Shown here piece after piece: positions 59,620 through 64,000 of a stretch of DNA of 64,000 nt (positions within the stretch are counted from its first letter, which is position 1; each line of letters opens with the position of its first letter). The stretch is from Gemmatimonadales bacterium (GTDB lineage Bacteria; Gemmatimonadota; Gemmatimonadetes; Gemmatimonadales; GWC2-71-9): positions 544,001 through 608,000 of the forward strand of contig OZ252244.1 of assembly GCA_965249575.1 (NCBI GenBank). The letters are read 5' to 3'. A program made the position numbers and the translations under genes. The notes below the pieces were generated by a model. That model did no database searches, had not been told where the DNA came from, and saw only the letters and a list, made by a program, of their open reading frames with translations.

Positions 59620-60670
59620 CGAGACGCTCCTCGCGCTGAGCCAGCCGTAACCGCTCGATTAGCTCAGCGAGATCCCCCTCGAGGACCTCATCCAGCCGGT
59701 GGAGCGAGAGGTTGATGCGGTGGTCGGTGACTCGGTTCTGCGGAAAGTTGTAGGTGCGGATTTTCGCCGAGCGGTCGCCGGTCCCGACCATCGCTCGGCG
59801 CTCTCTGGCCCGAGCGGATTCCTGCTCGGCGAGCATCCGGTCCAACAAGCGGGCCCGCAACACCTCGAGAGCCCGCAACTTGTTCTGTAGTTGTGACTTC
59901 TGATCTTGGCACTGGACCACCAAGCCGGACGGGAGGTGAGTGATTCGCACCGCGCTGTCGGTGGTGTTCACGCTCTGTCCACCAGGCCCGGAGGAACGGA
60001 ACACGTCGACCTTGAGATCCTTGTCCTCGATCTCGACGTCGACGTCCTCTGCGTCGGGCAGGACCGCCACTGTAGCCGCGGACGTGTGGATGCGCCCCTG
60101 GGCCTCGGTGGCGGGGACGCGTTGCACGCGGTGTACCCCAGATTCATATCGCAGCTGACCGAAGGCACGCGCCCCCCGCACCTTGAAGACAGCCTCACGG
60201 ACCCCACCCATCGTCCCCTCCGAAAGCGAGACCATGTCGGTTCCCCAGCCCTGCCGTTCGGCGTAGCGGGTATACATCCTCAGCAGGTCCGCCGCAAAGA
60301 GCGCCGCCTCGTCTCCACCGGTGCCGGCTCGGATCTCGACGATGGTGTCGCGATCCTCAAGTGGATCCGGTGGCACGAGGAGCAGCTGGAGCTCCTCCTC
60401 GACGGCGGCGAGGTCGGGTTCGATCCGCTCGACATCGGCGCGGGCGAGCTCTACCATCTCACTGTCCGACGAGCGCTGGAGCTCTCGCGACTGCTCGAGG
60501 TCACCTTGCAGCTTTTGGAGTTTGGCGGCAGTTCGGCGGATGCGGTCGAGGCGAGAGTGCTCCCGCCCGAGGGCCTTGAGCTTCGCGGCGTCCCGTGCCG
60601 TGGCCGGGTCGGCCAGCTGGCGTTCGACTTCGAGCGTACGAGCGAGCGCGGCTTCGAGCCGCGCTTCCAC
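59612..60670 (-). CDS. prfA: Peptide chain release factor 1
   Basis: EIRAGTGGDEA, VHRVQRVPAT (PxT), GPGGQSVN, RTYNFPQ. Confidence 0.97.
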   Translation of the reverse strand: MEARLEAALARTLEVERQLADPATARDAAKLKALGREHSRLDRIRRTAAKLQKLQGDLEQSRELQRSSDSEMVELARADVERIEPDLAAVEEELQLLLVPPDPLEDRDTIVEIRAGTGGDEAALFAADLLRMYTRYAERQGWGTDMVSLSEGTMGGVREAVFKVRGARAFGQLRYESGVHRVQRVPATEAQGRIHTSAATVAVLPDAEDVDVEIEDKDLKVDVFRSSGPGGQSVNTTDSAVRITHLPSGLVVQCQDQKSQLQNKLRALEVLRARLLDRMLAEQESARARERRAMVGTGDRSAKIRTYNFPQNRVTDHRINLSLHRLDEVLEGDLAELIERLRLAQREERLVG

Positions 60671-60672
60671 GC

Positions 60673-60891
60673 CTACGATCCCTTCGGCTCGGCGACTCCC
60701 TTGTATCGCTGCCGGAATCGCTCCACCCGTCCGGCGGTATCGACGAGTTTCTGCTTGCCGGTAAAGAAGGGATGGCACTGGGCGCAGATCTCCACGTGAA
60801 TATCGGACAGCGTCGAACGCGTCTCGAAGGTATTTCCGCAGGCGCACTGAACCGCAGCGCGCTGATACGTCGGATGGATTCCAGGCTTCAC
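60673..60891 (-). CDS. rpmE: 50S ribosomal protein L31 (Zn-binding C+ type)
   Basis: [33 protein letters not shown]. Confidence 0.97.
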   Translation of the reverse strand: MKPGIHPTYQRAAVQCACGNTFETRSTLSDIHVEICAQCHPFFTGKQKLVDTAGRVERFRQRYKGVAEPKGS

Positions 60892-60938
60892 GAGCGGCAC
60901 TCCGTTGGATTTCGCTTGGTCCCGGCTAATCGAGCGAA

Positions 60939-60968
60939 AATATAACCAGGGCACGAACTTGCGGGCAA
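60939..60968 (-). promoter_or_regulatory. Putative rpmE-prfA operon promoter
   Basis: TTGCCC-18 nt-TATATT on minus strand. Confidence 0.45.
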
Positions 60969-60988
60969 GCGCACACCGTCCAGACGGT

Positions 60989-61017
60989 TTGACACGAAGC
61001 TCGGGCTGCGGTAATCT
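60989..61017 (+). promoter_or_regulatory. Sigma70 promoter of crp-like gene
   Basis: TTGACA-17 nt-TAATCT. Confidence 0.7.
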
Positions 61018-61024
61018 TGCCCCG

Positions 61025-61726
61025 ATGGCCGACACTTATTCGCCGAGACGACCTCTCATGTCGGTGCCCGGGTTCCTCCGTCGTGTCCCACTTTTCTCGC
61101 ATCTGAGCGAGCCCGAGTTGGAAAGACTCGGTGAGGTTACGCGCGAGCGAACGTATCCCAAAAAATGTGTGATCCTCTTCGAGGACGACCCTGGCGCCGC
61201 GTTGTATGTCGTGGGCGCGGGCCAAGTGAAGGTCGTGCTCATCGGAGAGGACGGGCGTGAGGTCATTCTCTCGGTACTCGGCGAGGGCGACTTCTTCGGC
61301 GAGATGGCGCTGATCGACGACGAGCCACGCTCGGCGCACGTGATCGCCATGCAGGATTCCAGCTTGCTGGTCCTGCGTCGGGAGGATTTCGAGCAACGCC
61401 TGCGGGAAGCCCCGACCATCGCGCTGGGCTTGCTCCGGGAGCTATCGCGACGCTTGCGGCAGGCCGACTCCAAGATCGGCGCCTTGGCTCTGCTGGACGT
61501 CAACGGGCGGGTGGCCCGCGTTCTGCTTCAAATGGCAGATGAAAACGATGGAACGACGATCGCCCGTCGCGTGACGCATCACACGATCGCACAGATGATC
61601 GGACCGAGCCGCGAGACCGTCTCCCGAACGCTCAAAGACCTGGCGGACCAGGGCCTGATCGCGGTCACCAAAGAGAACATCGTGGTCCGCGATCGAGGGT
61701 CCCTCGAGTCCGCCGCAGGTCGCTAG
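61025..61726 (+). CDS. Crp/Fnr family transcriptional regulator (cNMP-binding)
   Basis: [12 protein letters not shown] phosphate-binding cassette; HTH IAQMIG.SRETVSR. Confidence 0.95.
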   Translation: MADTYSPRRPLMSVPGFLRRVPLFSHLSEPELERLGEVTRERTYPKKCVILFEDDPGAALYVVGAGQVKVVLIGEDGREVILSVLGEGDFFGEMALIDDEPRSAHVIAMQDSSLLVLRREDFEQRLREAPTIALGLLRELSRRLRQADSKIGALALLDVNGRVARVLLQMADENDGTTIARRVTHHTIAQMIGPSRETVSRTLKDLADQGLIAVTKENIVVRDRGSLESAAGR

Positions 61727-61818
61727 TGAGCCCCGTCACCCAGTACCCGTGACCCTATGCATAGCAAACACTTAGCTCGGTATCGTATTTTGTACCCAAT
61801 GGCGGAGTCGGTTGGCCG

Positions 61819-62679
61819 GTGGCCTACCGATTGACTTTCTGGGGAGCCCGGGGGTCGATCCCGACCCCGGGTCCGGCTACCGCCCGATACGGAGGCAACA
61901 CGCCGTGCATCGCGGTGGAAGGATTGGTCAACAACCGTCTCGTGGTCTTGGACGCCGGCACCGGTATCCGACCGCTTGGAAAGATGCTGGCCGAGGCCCG
62001 AGACCCGACCCAGTTGGACCTGCTGTTGAGTCACACGCACTGGGACCACATTCAGGGTCTCCCGTTTTTCTCTCCTGGGCGAGAGAGCACCGTGCGGATT
62101 TGGGGACCCAAACAGGGGGACGTCGAGCTCGAGGACATCCTCCGCCAGCAGATGAATCCAGTGGTGTTTCCGGTCCCGCTGGAGTACGTGGCAGGAGAAT
62201 TGCAAGTAGATCACGTAGTACCGGGTGAGTTCGAGATCGACGGATTCACCGTCCGAGCGATCCGGCTCAGGCACCCGGGAAACACGCTCGGATACTCGCT
62301 CACACCTGCGGATGGCGCCGCGAGCATGGCGTACATTACAGACAACGAGCTGGGTTCGGGTGGAGATTATGACGAGGGACCGTCATGGCGCGACGACGTG
62401 CTCTCATTCCTCGACGGTGTGGACGTGTTGATTCACGACGCGATGTACACCCCCGGGGAGTTGGACCGGCACCGTGGCTGGGGGCATTCATCAAACCTCG
62501 AAGCGGTCGCGTTAGCGGTGGAATCGCGTGTCAAGCGACTCGTCCTGTTCCATCATCGACCGGAGCACGACGACGCGGCGATGGACGCGCTGGTACAGGA
62601 CGCGCAGCAGGCAGCCGCGCGGGCGGGACGGACGCTCGAAGTGGTCGCGGCGACGGAAGGATTGGAACTGACTCTATGA
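61819..62679 (+). CDS. MBL-fold metallo-hydrolase (phosphodiesterase-like)
   Basis: [39 protein letters not shown]. Confidence 0.9.
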   Translation: MAYRLTFWGARGSIPTPGPATARYGGNTPCIAVEGLVNNRLVVLDAGTGIRPLGKMLAEARDPTQLDLLLSHTHWDHIQGLPFFSPGRESTVRIWGPKQGDVELEDILRQQMNPVVFPVPLEYVAGELQVDHVVPGEFEIDGFTVRAIRLRHPGNTLGYSLTPADGAASMAYITDNELGSGGDYDEGPSWRDDVLSFLDGVDVLIHDAMYTPGELDRHRGWGHSSNLEAVALAVESRVKRLVLFHHRPEHDDAAMDALVQDAQQAAARAGRTLEVVAATEGLELTL

Positions 62680-62693
62680 GCGAGGAGGCATTT

Positions 62694-63425
62694 ATGCGGT
62701 GGCCCTTGGTAGTGGCCCTCGCCCTGGCGGCCGGGCTAGCGGCTCCGCTGGCTGACGAGGCCCACGCACAGGATTCGCGACCGGGAATCGCGGTCATGCC
62801 GTTCGAGAACGGCGGATCCTACGGGCAGGACAAGGAGGATTTCGAAGCCCTTCAAGTGGGGCTCGCCCAGATGCTGACCACAGAATTCGGCGTGAACCCG
62901 GGCATGCGGGTCGTGGACCGACGCGAGATCACCAATCTGCTCAAGGAGCAGGATCTGGCCGCATCGGGCCGGGTAGATCAAAACACCGCCGCGCGCATCG
63001 GGCGGCTCGTCGGAGCACGCTACATGGTCTTCGGAAACTTCGTGGACTTCTACGGCGATTTCCGAATCGACGCGCGCATCGTGAACGTCGAGACCAGCGA
63101 AATCGTCAAGACGGAGAAAGTTCGCGACAAGCGCGAGAATCTCTATACGCTCGTGACCGATTTGGCGAATCAGATCACCCGCGGGGTGAACTTACCGGCA
63201 CTTGCACAGCCGGCGTTGCAGCAGCGACGCTCGCGCAAGGTCCCGACCGAGGCCGTCACATATTACTCCCGGGCGCTTCTGTACGCCGATCGTGGCGACA
63301 GCCAGCGGGCCACTGAACTCTTCAACCGGGCCATCGAGATTTTCCCGGAGTACACCGAGGCCAAGCAGGGTGGTCGACTCGGCCACGGGCCGACTCGGGT
63401 TTATCGCGCGGCTGCGTATCGATGA
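62694..63425 (+). CDS. Secreted CsgG/TolB-N-like protein with TPR; native C-terminus probably lost at ~63368
   Basis: Signal peptide; [12 protein letters not shown]...[28 protein letters not shown]. Confidence 0.75.
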   Translation: MRWPLVVALALAAGLAAPLADEAHAQDSRPGIAVMPFENGGSYGQDKEDFEALQVGLAQMLTTEFGVNPGMRVVDRREITNLLKEQDLAASGRVDQNTAARIGRLVGARYMVFGNFVDFYGDFRIDARIVNVETSEIVKTEKVRDKRENLYTLVTDLANQITRGVNLPALAQPALQQRRSRKVPTEAVTYYSRALLYADRGDSQRATELFNRAIEIFPEYTEAKQGGRLGHGPTRVYRAAAYR

Positions 63426-64000
63426 GAGCTTCCCCGACGGCACACCGGTCGCGCTGCCAATCCTCAGCCGCGCGGTGATCGCCCAGCCGAGTCCCATCGC
63501 CCCGCCGGTCATTCAGATCGAGATTCCCATGGAAGGCCGGAAGGCGATTCACCTGCTGCCCGGGGATACCATCGTGTCAGAGCGGCGTGCCAGCACGTTC
63601 GACCAGATCGGCACCATCGCGGACATGATCGGGGGGGAGGTCAAGGCGACGCTCGAAGAGGCCCGAACGACCATGGGCAGCACGCAGCGGACGATGCACC
63701 GGGCGGCTTCGGTCATGTCGGGTACCGGTCCACGCGTCGAATCCGTGCTGAACGAGCTGATTACGAGCCTCGAGCGAGCCGACCGAGTGTTGGCCACCAT
63801 GGAGCCCCGTGTCGAGCCGATCCTGGACAGCGTCGCGGCCACGGTCAACGAGGCCCGCCAGATCGTCACGCGCCTGGACTCGGCGGCTGGCACGATCCAC
63901 AATACGACGGTGGACACGCGGGAAGCGCTCGAGAAAACGGTGCAGCACCTCGAGCGGGCGGCTGCCGCGATCGAGCGGCTGGCTCAGCAAGTGAGCCTTC
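63370..64000 (+). pseudogene. MlaD/MCE-family protein fragment (second half of MCE domain plus helical region), 5'-truncated and running off the window
   Basis: Open frame [19 protein letters not shown]...SRAVIAQ...IQIE...L.PGDTI followed by amphipathic helical repeats; no TM or first MCE strands. Confidence 0.6.

Overview
GC-rich bacterial chromosomal window, probably Gemmatimonadota. That assignment is inferred from the Ser/Thr kinase-TolB-TPR architecture and the gene order prs-rplY-pth-hppA-ychF-rpsF-rpsR-DUF2232-rplI. The left part (1 to ~31 kb) is accessory and rich in secreted enzymes: M14-like, M28 and DmpA peptidases, an amidohydrolase, methyltransferases, a TauE exporter and a CBM9/DUF5916 outer-membrane protein. 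It also holds four paralogous secreted His-rich beta-propeller (LVIVD/choice-of-anchor-B-like) proteins, two of which carry a homologous ~110-nt structured 3' element. The right part (~31 to 64 kb) is core: translation genes, Na+-PPase, a FakA-FakB fusion, WD40-Omp85, a SPOR-SPOR-smc-S8 operon, aroF, lolA, panG-like, ctpA, tmk, prmC, prfA, rpmE, crp and an MBL hydrolase. It ends in an apparent deletion junction between a CsgG/TPR gene and the middle of an MlaD gene. Intergenic heptamer repeats and G-quadruplex motifs recur right after stop codons. Several lesions are visible: two frameshifts, one in-frame TAG, and probable CTG and ATA starts. I recognised no rRNA, tRNA, CRISPR array or mobile element. 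All family calls come from motif recognition, not database searches.
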